Of a DNA stretch of 64,000 nt, positions 36,593 to 50,340 are shown in pieces. The notes under the pieces are model-generated. The model was not told where the DNA came from. It did no database searches and worked only from the letters and a program-made list of their open reading frames with translations. Both the position numbers and the translations under genes were made by a program. Source of the DNA: Eledone cirrhosa (lineage: Eukaryota); assembly GCA_964016885.1 (NCBI GenBank), contig OZ024742.1, positions 131,750,001 to 131,814,000 of the forward strand. The letters are read 5' to 3'. The stretch's first letter is position 1; every line of letters starts with the position of its first letter.

Positions 36593-39500
36593 TTACAGAC
36601 ACATACTCAGAGAAGGCCCATTCATTCGGGCCATACTTGCTTCTCTCACCCATCTTTCAACAAAATGCTGGGAAGAGAGCACTTCCCTCTCTACCCTGAT
36701 TTTCCTTTTCAAATGAAATTTGAAAAAGTTAATCAGGGCATCACCGAAGAGGTAAGTGCTCGTCTTCAGCCCTTTCAAACGTGTCCACCATACTATCTCT
36801 TTCGCCATGGCCACCAGACAGATAAAAACTGCCTGCCCTTCCAGGCTAAAGGAAGGGGGCGGGGCAATCCTCACGATGGACTCAGCTGATAGCCGGATCC
36901 GTCCTACACGTGACAGCAGGTGTTCGACATAAACCCACAAGTCAGCAATGCTCGGACACTGGACGAGTGCGTGCAGGACGGTTTCGTCGCCCTGCGCGCA
37001 TCTCGGACATGCCCGGCTGACGGCACCTCCATGCCTGTAGAGTTTATCCCGAACTGGCAAAGCTCCTCGGTAGCACTGCCAGGCCAGGGATTTCTGGAAG
37101 TTGTCCATAGGCCCCGGCCCAAAAGTCCTTCCGAAGAGATTGGCTAGTTGATTTTCGTCGACGCCTAGAGTTTCTCCAAGTACGTCGTCGCTCTTCCCCT
37201 CCACCAATCCCCTATAGAACGCCAAGGTGGAGTTTCCACCGATCACATTGCCCGATTGGTCGAGGGCTGTGAGCGCCTGAAGACATTCCAGTCTCCAAAC
37301 GCTCCCTCTCGGTCTTCGCTTGACCCAGGACTGCAGCTCCGTCAAGGAGACGAGCTGGGGAAAAACGCGTCTTGCAAACGGCGACCACACCTGATCACCG
37401 TCGAGGAAGAGGTGGAGATGTCGTAGCCTGAGCGCGTGTCTGCGCATCATCAGCCACAGCATGCCCAGCCCGCCACGTAGCGGCTGTTGACAGCAGATGG
37501 ACCGCCTGACCATCGGAGCGCGTCCCTTCCACAAGAAGCGAAAGAGCAAACGCTCCAGCGCAGTCAGACGGGGCTTAGGACAAGGTACGACGGTCAGGCG
37601 GTAGTAGATGACGGATGCGATGTACGCATTCGCCACCTCCGCTCGACCTTTCAGGGATAGCTTCCTCTCGGCCCATTTCTGGGTGAGAGAAGCCACCCTG
37701 CTCGTCACCTCGTCCCAGTTTTTGTCCGTCTGGAGGTCTGGACCGAACCAGACCCCTAGCAATTTAACCGGTCCGTCCGTCCAGCGCCCGACGACGCTGT
37801 TGGACGGCATGGACCTGCCTCTCCAGGTGCCGAGCTGCAGGCCCACTGACTTTTCCTGGTTGATCATTGCTCCTGTCACCGCTTCGTATTCTCTTAGTGT
37901 AGTGCGATCGCCTCGATGTGTTTGGGGTTCGACACCACTACGGTGACATCGTCGGCATATGCTGACACGGATCTTCCGCATCCTAGTTCGCGCAGGACTC
38001 CCCTCAACGTCTCCAGTTTGTGCAGTAATGGCTCGAGAGTCAATACGTACAATAGGGACGAGAGGGGACATCCTTGGCGGACCGAGCGCATGATGTTGAA
38101 CGGTTCCGAAAGGTGACCGTTCACTCTCACTACAGAGCAGATGTCGCTGTGCATGGCAGCGATCCAGCCTCTGAAGACGGGCCCAAAGCCAGCCGCCCTC
38201 AGGACTGCCGTTAGGTAACGATGGTCGACCCTATCGAAGGCTTTCGACTGATCTAAATTGATCAAAGACCCACCCGTGCCAGGTTCCCTAGCTACCCTCT
38301 CTACGATGTATCGCATGAGGTGGAGGTTGTCGTGGATGGATCTGTCGGGAATGGCGCATGTCTCTGCCTCTCCCACCAGACCACCAACGACAAGCGCCAA
38401 CCTCTTTGCTAGCACCTTGGCCAAAATCTTGAACTCTGTGTTTAGCAGAGTTATGGGCCTAAAATTATCTATGTTATCCCCCTTGTTCGGATCCTTTCTC
38501 AGCAGCGCCACCGCTCCTCGGCTCACAGAGCTGGGAACTCTCCCGTTCTGTTGCCAGTTGCAGTAGACGTCCGCCAAGAGGCCTCCGAACAAGTTTGGCA
38601 TTTGTACGTAAAGTTCATAGGCCAGACCATCCAAACCAGGCGATTTACCCCTTGTGCAACTAGTCATTGCATCCCGTACTTCAGCGGTTGTTATCGGCTT
38701 TTCGCAACACTCCGCCTCAGTGGCCGAAAGCCGCGGCAGTCCGTCGAGGTAGACACAAAAGTCCATCCCTCGATCCGGCCCGCCACTGCCCCCGAACAGT
38801 TGAGCGAAGTGTCGCTGAAAAGCTTCACACATTTGCCTGGGATCGAGTAGCATGCGCCCGTCGTGGTCCACCAAAGACCGGATCGTGGCTTTGTTTCCAC
38901 GACGCACCTCCGCCACTCGGGCCCATTGAACGGCTTTCGTCCCCTCGTGTCTGAGAGCACGCACCCTAGCTCTGACAACGCAGCCTTCGTGCTTTGCATT
39001 GAAGAATTGGTCAAGGGCCAATTTCGCCGCAAGCACGTCGGTCGCGATGCCTTTGCTAAGCGCCTCGTCTAATTTTCTAACTAGTTCTCCCTCTGCTCTA
39101 TTTTTCTCTATTGCTAAATCCTTACTAAACCTAATGGATTCTATTCTAATCGCTCTTTTCAGAGCAAACCACCACTTGTTGTTGATGGTGGCCCCCGTCA
39201 ACGCCCGCTTAACTAGTTCGCTAATCCGGTCTCTAGGCCTTGCGCGCTGGTAAGGGCGCGTTTAGCTTCCAGTAGCCGGGTCCTCGTCTATGAAGCCTAT
39301 CTAAGTCAAGCACACAGATCACGAATTTGTGGTCCGTGTAGCTGACTATCTTGAATTGTGGACAGCCTATGCTAGACCTATCTATTTCCCTACAAAATAC
39401 TCTATCTAGATATGATCTGGATGACCCTATGCGATTTGTCCAAGTCCACATTGGCACATTCGGGAAATACAATCGGTACCTGTCAGACAGTTCAAAACGC

Positions 39501-39994
39501 CTGAGCAGGTTGGTGAGGCTCTTGCACCCTCCACCCCTATCCACTAATCCCACACAGTCCCAGCGTGCATCTAAGATCCCGTTAGAGTCGCCCACTAACA
39601 CTATAGAGCGGGACGTTCCAAGAAAGGTCTCCAGACGCCGTAAGAAATCAGGCTGCCCTGCTCCTGTCGGGGCATAGACGGCCACTAGCCTGAAAGCTTG
39701 CCCGTCTCCGCTGGTCACGTCCAGCACGACCAGCTTACCCTCTGTGTCCAGGAAGATGGCCCGTATGGCGAGATCCAAACCTCTCCGAAAAAGCACAGCA
39801 AATCCTCCCCCCGATCCCGGACGGCTGGGAGATGCGTACACATCGTAGCCGCCGAAGATCGGTGCGAAGGACCGTGCTTCGGAGATTCTGGTCTCGCTGA
39901 TGGCCACTACATCTATGTTTAGTGACCAGAGGCCCTGCTTCCATGACGACCCCAAGACACGCGCATTTATGCTGCCTATTCTGAGTTAGGTCAT
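36593..39994 (-). pseudogene. Tx1-like ORF2: AP endonuclease, reverse transcriptase, C-terminal zf-RVT (early stop, frameshifts near 39235 and 37900)
   Basis: IGSINAR, ISETR, VAVYAP, SYLDRVF, YTDH, GYWKLN; KSPGLDG, NFRPITLLN, LDQSKAFDRVDH, SVRQGCPLS, AYADD; CPRC...ETVLHALVQC. Confidence 0.93.
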
Positions 39995-40244
39995 GTTGAA
40001 ATGGAGTGGAAAAGATGGGAAAGACCACTTACCTTACTTCTCGTAGAGGAAGGATGGTCTGTCCATCCTTTTCATCGCATGTAGCCTCCTCCGGAAGGAT
40101 TTCCTTATGTACGTTTTCTGTGTGATGCGAGTTATTTGTATGTGTGGAGGTGGTGTGAACTTTCGGGTTGTTGTGTAGTCTTTATCTGTGATGCTGGTGT
40201 TGTGTTGGATGTAGTGTAATAATTGGTTGTTGTTCAAATTTAAT

Positions 40245-40432
40245 TGTTTCTACTTTTTGGCACAAGGCCAGCAATTACCCAGTGCATTACTGGTACTTTA
40301 TTTTATCGACCCCGTAAGGATGAAAGGCAAAGTTAACCTCGGCGGGATTTGAACTCAGAATGGCAAAGACCGTAACTCTATGCGTCAAAGCATGGCGTCC
40401 GACCCTCTACCGATACTGCCAATCCATCGCCC
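40245..40432 (-). mobile_element. tRNA-derived SINE inserted in the Tx1 element, 18-bp TSD
   Basis: TTGTTGTTCAAATTTAAT at 40227-40244 and 40433-40450 flanks a full-length copy. Confidence 0.92.
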
Positions 40433-40445
40433 TTGTTGTTCAAAT

Positions 40446-42129
40446 TTAATGCTGTGTAGTGTGTATCGTTTTGGTTGTTTTGTTTTGTTTGCGTTTGTTG
40501 TGGGTTTGTTTCTGTACGCTTTTTGGTGACTTTTGTGGTGTTGGTGATGGTGGCGTTGGGGTTAATGATGGTGATGCTGTTGGTGTTTGTGGTGATGGGG
40601 TTGGTGATGCTGGTGTGGATGGTGGCATTTCTGTTCTAACTTTTTTGTTTGATAATTTAGTTGTTTCCCTCTGTATTTTGTTTTTGGAGGGCGAAGGAAG
40701 ATAATTTTTTCTTTTTTGGTTTCTTTTTTTCTTTTTTCCTGATACCGTTTCCCACTCCTCGTCGTCACAATCTGTCTCCAGTTGCGATAAGCCGGGGAGT
40801 GAAAAATCCTCCACACGCGTTGGTTTTGGTTGTGGCGTGGTGGATGGTGTAGGCGCTTGTGCTAGTTCTGGCGCATTGGGTGGTGTTGGTGTTGGTTTTG
40901 ATACTGTTGCTGCGGTTGTTGCTGTTACAGTTGCTTCTGTTGTTGCTGCTACAGTTGTATCTGCCATCTCCGCTGCTGGTGGTGTTGATGGTTGAGTCAC
41001 TGGGGTGGGTAAGAGAGGTGGCCTCAACCTTTTAGCCTGAGGGCAGAAAGCCCTTAGGTGGGTTCCTTCAGCACAAACGACACACCTAGGCCTTCTGCCC
41101 GCTACGATTATGGTGAGGTGGCTGCCGACAATGAGGTCTATTACCTCTGAGATCTCCTCAATGCTTTTATGGTCCGCTTGGATCAGGAGCTCCATCCCAG
41201 GTCCGGACCAGTTCTCCTGCTTTTCTTTCGCTATTATCTTGGTGTTGGCCTCGATGCCGGCGAGGACGGCAGCCATTAGCCAGGGAATTTCGATGGCCGG
41301 TGGAACGTGGGTCACCTTGATCTTCACAAGTCTCTGGCCACAATAGCTTGGGACGAGTGTAAAGTCGTCACTTCTTAATGGGGCCATGGAGTGTTCTCTG
41401 GCCTCCTGTGGTGTTTCAAAGAACACGTCCACGGTTCCATATTTCTGCCCACGTCTGATGTGGGTTTTTTTTGCCCACACATGTCCCAAAGCTTTTTGGA
41501 TTTGGGACTCGGGTGCCCGTTCCACTCGGCGCGATTTTATGTTAATTGTCCGATAAGACACGGTGCATAGGCAACGATGCTCCATTTTATTAGGTGTGTG
41601 TGTGGGGGGGGGGGGGGAAGACAGACTCTATTCTCATCTTTCTTTACTATTATTTTGTCTTCTAATTCCTCCTGAGTTACCTGGATCGCTTCGCACGTTT
41701 TTGCTACTCTGGCAAAACTCAGGGCAGTTTTCTTAATTTCATTGTTGCTGTTGTTGTTATCGTTATTTTTGTTATAGTTAATTTTAGTTTCAGTTGTGGT
41801 GGTGGTGGCGTCAGTTGTGTTCGGTGTGGAAGAGTTCATTTTGGTTGAATTCATTTAGAGATCACGAGTTAATTTATTTTATTCTTTTGTTTCTGTCGTC
41901 GCGTTGGCGGTGGGGTGGTGGGGGTTGTCGCTGTGGTGGTTGTGGTGGGGGTGGCGGCTTTAACACCTGCAGTCATTGGTAATGGCGGGAAATGAATGTC
42001 TGGCTGAGACAAACTTAAAATATTGCTACTGCTTATATTTTGAGTGTTGGCAAACGTAGTAATATTTACAATGGTGATGTCGGTGTGAGGTGTTAGTTTG
42101 TGAGGAAGGAGTGACTCTGAGTCTTCCAT
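40446..42129 (-). pseudogene. Tx1-like ORF1 (gag-like), frameshifted in the N-terminal part
   Basis: LSFARVAK, an RRM-like region, zinc knuckle CVVCAEGTHLRAFCP and a Pro/Thr-rich tail with WETVSGKKKKR. Lies upstream of ORF2. Confidence 0.75.
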
Positions 42130-42374
42130 GATTTTTTAAAGAAATGTGTGTTGTTTGCTAATTATAAAAAGTTTGAATTTCGGGCTCAAGACCCCGATAT
42201 TTTTGAGTGTTCTTTTCCGAAATCAATGTATGTGCACTTATATACAGTTGACAATAAAAAATTTCCATAAATGGAAATTTTAAACAACTGAAAATAACAA
42301 ACCTTTGTGGAGCTCACGATGATACGATTTACTACGTAGGTCGCCAATAATAATAATAATATTAATAATAATAA

Positions 42375-45000
42375 AAACACATAAACACTAAAAATAGACT
42401 GGAAATAAAGTACAAAACTAAGAGGAAAAAGATAAATATTATCATAGAGGAACTGAAGCAACGCATTGTAGCAAAGAGCGTAAAGATTAGGCGATACGAG
42501 AGCAGAGTCAGTCAGTATAGACAGAACCGCATGTTTGACAACAACCAGTAGATGTTGTTTGGACATCTTGAAGGGAAAGAAAGAGGCAACGACTTGATCC
42601 CTGAGGCGGAACAAACAAAGACATTCTGGAGAGGAATATGGGAGCAGGATGTTGAAAATAATGATCAGGCAGTGTGGATTGAGACAGTACAAAAGGAGAT
42701 TAGTGAACAGGCACACCAACAAATTGATTTAAGTATCACAGTTAAAATACTTAAGGGGCAGGCCAGCAAACTAACCAATTGGAAATCACCAGGCCCAGAT
42801 GGTATGCAGGGGTATTGGATTAAAAATATAACATCCCTCTCCTCCCGAAACTGATAAGCATGTTCAATGACTGCTTGATGTGAGGAGAGGTACCAGAGTG
42901 GTTGACAAAAGGTACCACAGTTCTGGTAATGAAAGACCGAACCAAGGGTAATGATGTTACCAACTATAGACCTATCACATGTCTGTCCGTAATGTGGAAA
43001 CTGTTAACAAGCATTGTGTCTGAGGAAATCTACCATCACCTCCACATAAACAACTTGTTACCGGACGAACAGAAAGGATGCCGAAAGAAGTCCCGTGGTA
43101 TAAATGACCAGTTACTTGTTAATAAAATGGTAATGAAGAATTGCAGGACGAGACGCGCTGGTCTTGCCATGGGATGGATAGACTACAAAAAGGCATTCGA
43201 CATGGTACCTCATTCTTGGATAACCAAAAGCCTAGAGATCTTCAAGGTGGCAGATAACATCAGACAGTTGTTGAGCAAAAGTATGAAGTCCTGGTAAACA
43301 GAATTAACATCGGGCTGAGAAACCTTGGGAGGCGTGAGGATCAAGAGAGATATCTTCCAGGGAGATAGTTTGTCCCCTCTATTGTTTGTCCTTGCTCTGA
43401 TCCCCCTGACCATTATACTGCGAAAAGTGAGAGCAGGATACAATTTGGGAAAGGGAGAGCTTACCATCAATCACTTCCTCTTCATGGACGATCTTAAGCT
43501 CTTCGGAAAGAGTGAGGAGGAGTTGGATGTGCTTGTTGACACTGTCCGTATTTTCAGCAATGATATATGTATGCAATTCGGTATTAGTAAGTGTAGAGTC
43601 CTAGTGATAAAGAGGGGTAAATTGAGCAGAAGCAACGGAATCCAGGTACCAACAGGTGAGATGATAAAGGCAATTGATACTGAAGAAGGATACAAATATT
43701 TAGGTATTCTGGAGGCTGATGACATCAAGATAAAAAAAAATGAAGGAATTGATAAGATCTGAATACATACGGAGAATAAGGAGCGTTTTAAAATCACATC
43801 TGAACAGTAGGAATGCCATAAGTGCAGTAAATTCCCGAGCTGTGTCTATTATTAGGTCCAGTGCGGGAATTCTGAGATGGAATGTTGCTGAACAAAAAGA
43901 AATGGATAGGAAGACTCGGAAGCTATTGACTATCTACAACATTTTCCACAAGAGGAGTGGTGTCGATAGACTCTACTTAAGGAGATCTGAAGGTGGAAGA
44001 GGTCTTATCAGCATAGAGGACTGTGTTCAGATGGAGAAAAACAACCTACACAAATACGTGACTGATACTAGGGAGACAATGCTCAAAATGTTACTGAAGG
44101 AGAGGAAAATAGACCAGGGGATGTCCAAGGAGGAAATAACAACAAAGAGAAAGAGCAACCTTCATGAAACGTCCCTTAATAGTACCTTGTTTGAGAAAAC
44201 TGAATTCAGAGATCCACAGACATGGAACTGGTTGAAAAGAGGAGACTTTAAAAAGGCTACAGAAGGAATGCTAGTGGCTGCGCAAGAGTAGGCCCTCAAA
44301 ACGAAGTGGGTGAAACACCATATTTACAAGTAGGAGGCTAGCCCACTTGGTAGGATATGTGGAGAGAGCGAGAGGAGACTGTGGCTCACATTGTATCCGA
44401 GTATAAACACCTAGCCCAGACTCACTATAAAGGCTGGAGACATGATGTGATGGGCAGGGTGATCCACTGGCACCTATGCAAAGTAAACAATTTACCACAT
44501 TCTGAGAAGTGGTATGAGCATAAGCCTGAATCAGTGATAGAAAACGATCAGGTGAAGGTTCTATAGGATTTTAGGATACAGACGGACAAGAAACTGGAAC
44601 ACAATAGACCTGACCTGGTGGTTTTGGACAAGGAATAAAGATCGTGCCTGATTGTAGATGTATCCTGCCCATTTGACACGAGAGTGCAAGAAAAGGAGTG
44701 GAAGAAAATTAACCGATACCAGGACTTAAAGTGGGAGGTAAAAAGGATTTGGAACTGCCATGATGTCAGAGTCGTCCCGATTGTCATAGGCGCACTAGGT
44801 ACTATCTCAAAGAATTTCCAAGGATGGTTAAATAAAATTAGTCCAGCCCCACTTATTGGAACACTTCAAAAGGAATGCTTACTGGGAACAGCAAGAAACC
44901 TCCGATACGTCCTGAATATCTGAGGCTGCAGGTAGTAGCTTGATATTCATTTCAACAAACTTTCCAGTTAAATAACATCAGTAACTGAGACTCAAAGAAC
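42375..45000 (+). mobile_element. 5'-truncated R4/Dong-clade LINE (RT + CCHC + restriction-like endonuclease) between (TAA)n tracts
   Basis: NWKSPGPDG, NYRPITCL, EQKGCR, WIDYKKAFDMVPH, IFQGDSLSPLLF, FMDDLKL, ETVAHIVSE, RHD, RPDLVV, VDVSCPFD and VVPIVIGALG, with many stops. (AAT)n on both sides fits known Dong (TAA)n targeting. Confidence 0.9.
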
Positions 45001-45013
45001 AATAATAATAATA

Positions 45014-47050
45014 ATAATTGTTTGTACTTTTGGCACAAAGCCAGCATTTCACCAGTACATTACTGCTACTTTATTTTATCGAGCCCGTATGAAAGGCAGA
45101 GTTAACCTCGGTGGGATTTGAATTCGGATCGTAAAGGGACGTAACTATGCTGGAAAGAATGTCCGACCCACAACCGATACTGCCAATTCCCCGCCCTTAA
45201 TAATAATAATAATAATTATTATTATTATTATTTCTACTTATGGCACAAGGCCAGATATTATCCCAGTGTATTACTGGTACTTTATTTTATCGACCCCGTA
45301 AGAATGAAAGGCAAAGTTAACCTCGGCGGGATTTGAACTCAGACCATAAAAGGCCGTAACTCTATGCGTCAAAGCATGGCTTCCGACCCTCTACCGATAC
45401 TACCAATCCACCGCCTTCAACAGCAACAATAATAATAATAATAACAATAATAATAACAACAACAACCATAATAATAATAATAACAATAACAACAATCTCT
45501 AATTACCAGACAAAACGCATTATCAATAACTATATTTATCGAACAAAGAAACTATAATGATAAAGCAATAATTACTAAATTATATTTGAAGTCTTTTTAC
45601 AAGTGGAAATGGATCAAATATCAGGCTTGGAGACATAACACAATATCACACTCTGAAATATGAAAACATTAGTCATTAGTGTAACAGCCAGACATCTTAT
45701 ACACGCGGCTGCAATAGCATGCCGGTCTGAAAATATTAAAGCCATTGCGGTTGAGACAAAACAAAACAGCAAGATCAACAACAACCACAAAAGTAACAAT
45801 AACATGAAAGTAACCGTCGTTTTTTGAATCCACAATTTCTCTCTTTTGTTGTAGTTGTTAAATGACGTTAAACTAATAATTTATTTATTATTGGCCACAA
45901 GGGCTGAACATAGAGGACAATACACCGACAGGGGAGTGTGAAGTTTTACATATATTCGAGTAAAAACAATTAACAAAATATATTAATAACAGCATTCTCC
46001 AAAAAGGGGGCATACTACCCAGGGATGACGTTAGGAATCCAAATTACATTAGAATAGTGATTTCTACTATAGGCATAAGCCCTTGGGGGAAGAGGAAAGT
46101 CGATTAAATCGACCCCAGTACGTAACTGGTGCTGTATTTTATCGAACCCGTAAGGATGAAAGGAAAAGTTAATCTCGGCGGGATTTGAACTCAAACCGTA
46201 AAGGGATGTAACTCTATGCTGCAAAGCATGGTCTTCGACGCGCTACCGATGCTGCCAATCCACCACCCTTAGAATGAGAATAATTGTTTCTAGTTTAGGC
46301 ACAAGGCCAGCAATTGCTCAGTGTATTACTGGTACTTTATTTTATCGACCCCGTAAGGATGAAAGGCAAATTTAACCTCGGCGGGATTTGAACTCAGAAT
46401 GGCAAGGGCCGTAACTCAATGCGTCAAAGCATGGCGTCCGACCCTCTACCGATACTGACAATCCACCGCCCTGCAAGAATAATAATAATAATAATGATTT
46501 ATTTATTATTGGCCACAAGGGCCGAACATAGAGGACAATACAAAGACGGGGACAGTGGGGATTTACATGCAATCGAGCAAAAAAAATTCACAAAACAAAT
46601 AAACAAAAAAAATACCAACAACAGAATCCCCCAATATGGGGCTACCACCCAGGGATGACGTTAAAATAATTGCTTCTACTTTTTGCACAAGGCCAGCAAT
46701 TACCCCAGTGCATTACTGGTACTTTATTTTATCGACCCCGAAAGGATGAAAGGCAAAGTTAACTTAAGCGGGATTTGAACTCAGAATGGCAAGGGCCGTA
46801 ACTCTATGCATCAAAGCACGGCGTCCAACCCTCTACCGATACTGCCAATTCATCGCCCGATACGTTAAAGTAATGATTTCTACTATAGTCACAAGGCCAG
46901 TAATTTGGGGGCAAGGGAAAGTGGTATTTTATCGATCCCGTAAGGATGAAAGGCAAAGTTAACCTTGGCGGGATTTGAACGCGGACCGTAAAAGACCGTA
47001 ACTCTATGCCACAACGCATGTTATCCGACACTCTACCGATACACCGCCCT
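45014..47050 (-). mobile_element. Cluster of six minus-strand SINE copies interleaved with two Tx1-like 3'-end relics (~45880-46040, ~46495-46662)
   Basis: SINE copies at ~45016, 45230, 46057, 46280, 46668 and 46872. ATTATTGGCCACAAGGGC.GAACATAGAGGACAATAC...TACCCAGGGATGACGTTA-like blocks occur twice. Confidence 0.8.
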
Positions 47051-47289
47051 AAATGTGGTTAAATTATTGCGACATATAAATCACATGTAAAAAATTAACT
47101 ATCATAAATATGTAAATAAATAAAACATGTCAAACAATTATAATATTAAAATATTAATTACAACAACAAAACGAAAGCAAAAATAGTCTGGCATTGTTCT
47201 TGTGTTGTGAGATGAAACTGCAGGATTTTTTATGAAATGGACGAAGAAATAAATGGATTAATATAGAGAAATAAACCATTATTTACAAG

Positions 47290-47440
47290 CTTGCTTTGCA
47301 GCATAAAGTTACGACTCTTTATGATGTGAGTTCATCCCACCGAGGTTAACTTTGCCTTTCATCATACGGGTCGAGAAAATAAAGTACCAGCAGTACACTG
47401 GGGTAATTGCTGGCCTTGTGCCAAAAGTAGAAACAATTAT
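47290..47440 (+). mobile_element. tRNA-derived SINE (5'-truncated)
   Basis: GAGGTTAACTTTGCCTTTCATC...GGCCTTGTGCCAAAAGTAGAAACAATTA. Confidence 0.85.
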
Positions 47441-48412
47441 TTACAAGCATGGAAAATCGGAAAAACAGCATATCACTTGACGAAGGATGTATGATGGAAT
47501 GTTTGGGTGGAATGCGTATCAGTGGCTGTTCATTGCGGTAATGCTTTTGCCGCCCGTCTTTCTTTCTTTCTTTCTTCCTTTCTTTTTATTGTCCAATTTC
47601 TTTTAATATTTTCATTATTGTATTGTTGCGTTCTTTAATACATTGTTTTGATATCTTTAAAAAGAAAATAAACCCTGAGAGGTTTGAAATGAATGTAGGG
47701 CATACACATACACGAGGTTTGAAATGAATGTAGAGTATACATGAGCGTAACTAAATTGAACAAAACTTTATGTACTCAATTGTAATATTTTCTGCCTGTT
47801 GGCGATTATCAAAGAGAGACAAAACTGATACTACTCCCAGAAGGAATCTTAGTTAAATCCCCTTTAGTAGTATTGCATTACTGAAATTCCACATTATTCA
47901 TCTGATGTTGATCTATACACCTATATTAGACTAGATAATATTGTTCTTCACTGAATCCCTTTTTGGGGGAGTAAATGCCTGGTTCTTATAATGCTGGATG
48001 TTTTAGATAGTCAAGCAAATTAGTTTGGTAAAACTTTTAAATTATCCACAGGTAGGTGGATAATTTTGCTCAGAACAAATGCCATCCTGTTCGATGAAAA
48101 TCAGTTTACTAATTTGAAACAATGCACTAGTTCAAAAAGATGCACTAATAAATAATTGATTAATTTTCTTTTAACTTCAGGTCACCCTTGCCTCACCCTT
48201 TACACTCATTTGCAATAGATTATAAAAATTGTAATTATTTTATATTAGATAAAATGTATTTGGATACACAGAAGGAAGAGGTCATTTACGCTATCGCTTG
48301 ATATGCTAGAGATAGCAGCGGGGAATTTCCATTGCATAACGCATTCCAATCCTAAATAAAGGACTGACACATTAGTTAATGGTTAATGTCCTGTTATATT
48401 TATTATGCCTAA

Positions 48413-48454
<42 letters not shown>

Positions 48455-49499
48455 GAAACTAGCAAAAATTAACACTTTACGTCATGAAAATGTTTTATCA
48501 GCCTTTAGCTCAAATGTGGAGCTAAGTAACAACAAAAGCAACAACATCCTCAGTAGCAACAACGACAAGAATATCGAACAGCACAGTAGTTTCATTATGA
48601 GAACAGTTATGAGATATTACCAGTAGCAAGACATTTTCAAAGTTAATTAAGATAATTATAAGGATCTCTAAATAAGTAATACACCTTCTCATCGAATGAT
48701 CATCATATATTATAACCCAATTGCTCTCATATATACCCAGCATAGAAACTAATTTACAGTCTATCTTTCTTGGAAAACAAGCTCAAGTCAGTGGCGTAGA
48801 CAGAGAATTACGGTTTGAGTTAGCCATAAGCGAAATGCGTTCATTCGCAAATTAAAGCTAGTTTATTTCATATATATCTATGGGGTTCTACATAAACATC
48901 ATATTTCCAATTCCCCTCCAAATATAAGAATTCTGTGTAAACAAGGCAGATTAATTCATCATGGAAATTGTAGCAAACAAATTGAGAAGTTATCTCCTTT
49001 CATAATCGGACAAGGATACGGTTTCATTTCCCAGTTCAAATACTTTATTTTCCAGAAGAATGATCACAATTTGTTAAATATGCCATTGTTGTCACATTTT
49101 CTGCCATAAGAGGGAAGGTGTTTGTCACTGGTCAGAATGAATGTAAATTATGCTGAAATTCCGACTGTGAACATCTAATTACTAACACTGTTGTTAGAAA
49201 TCTTGAATATGATAACTACAAAATTATAGAGTGTGATTAGAAAAATAAAACTGATCCAGTGCATCGGTTGTGTCTCTGTATATTAATATTCTAACCCATA
49301 AATCTTTGATTTTAAAACATGGAGGCTGCAACGCCTTCGAAGACAAGAGGATCCCAATCGGAGCTCCACCACCTGATTTTCTCTGTGAATCTCTACTACA
49401 TATGTGGCTCGTATAAGCAGGTTCAGAAGCAATTTCATGCATTTTGTTGGGACGGAAAACCTGCCTTTAAGGCCAATATATAAAACTGGATGAATAGGA

Positions 49500-50340
49500 C
49501 CGTGGGAAACCTCAATACTATGTCTGGGGACAGTCCTACAAACGCTGGAGACGCCAGATAGATTACACAGGAAGTTATTACACAGGAAGTTATTGAACGG
49601 TGCTCAAAACAATCGTAGCGCAGGAGAAGCCAATGCTTGAGTCTCTCCCCAGAAACTTGCAGAAGGATTGTTCAATAAGATCATATAAAGAACCCCTTCA
49701 GAATACAAACTAAAACAAAGGCTTACTAGAATTGATAAGACCGAGAGAAATCTCTGGAGAATGATTGAAAACAGCCAAAATTATTTTGAATCTGCTGTGG
49801 AACTCTGATGAATCCCACCTTCACTTGGAATGGAAGATCATTTCTAATACCAATGTGTTCTAGGAGATAGAAAAACACACAGAAATGTTTGTGAAACGCA
49901 TCCACTCGACTAAACCTACCACCTGGGCTGCTACATCTGAGAGAGGGTTGATTGGCCCAATCTTCTCCGACGAAAAAGCGTCACGGCTACAGCCGCAAAA
50001 GAAGGGAGGTCCCGGAAGACTTTAAATAGCAGCTAAAACCATGTACTCAAATCTAATGAATATGGTTTGGTGCACGCGCTCACACATCCATTGCAAAATA
50101 ACTGTGATCAGTGTGAAGATTAAGAATGGACCCCTCACAGCCGTGATTTCTATTTTCCAGATTTCTTCTCTTTGGCGCAATCTTAAGGAAAGGGTATATT
50201 TCAACAAACTAAGGGAAAACCCAAGGGAAGAGATTAAAGACTACCTAGATCTATTTGTAAATTTGTTAAGCTAAACTCCCCATGCGCCTCAAACGATGCA
50301 TGGATTAAAATGGGCGTCACTTGGAACATGTACTGTATCT
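49500..50340 (+). pseudogene. Decayed Tc1/mariner-superfamily transposase
   Basis: Ordered motif remnants across frames: WNSDESH.HL, WAATSERGLIGPIF, GARAH, PD.DFF..W..LKERVY-like and GRHLEHVL. TIRs not identified. Confidence 0.7.

Larger units (their letters stand above)
36316..42340 (-). mobile_element. Near-full-length Tx1/L1-clade LINE with (TTA)n tail
   Basis: ORF1, then APE-RT-zf ORF2, then 3' UTR and tail, all in order. The 5' boundary is approximate. Confidence 0.9.

Noticed and set aside
36542-39922. Plus-strand ORFs overlapping the Tx1 element
   Set aside because: Antisense shadows of the GC-rich ORF2 with no recognisable domains.
49803-49840. CTGATGA hammerhead box
   Set aside because: It is the Ser-Asp-Glu codons of the transposase relic, with no GAAA or stem III.
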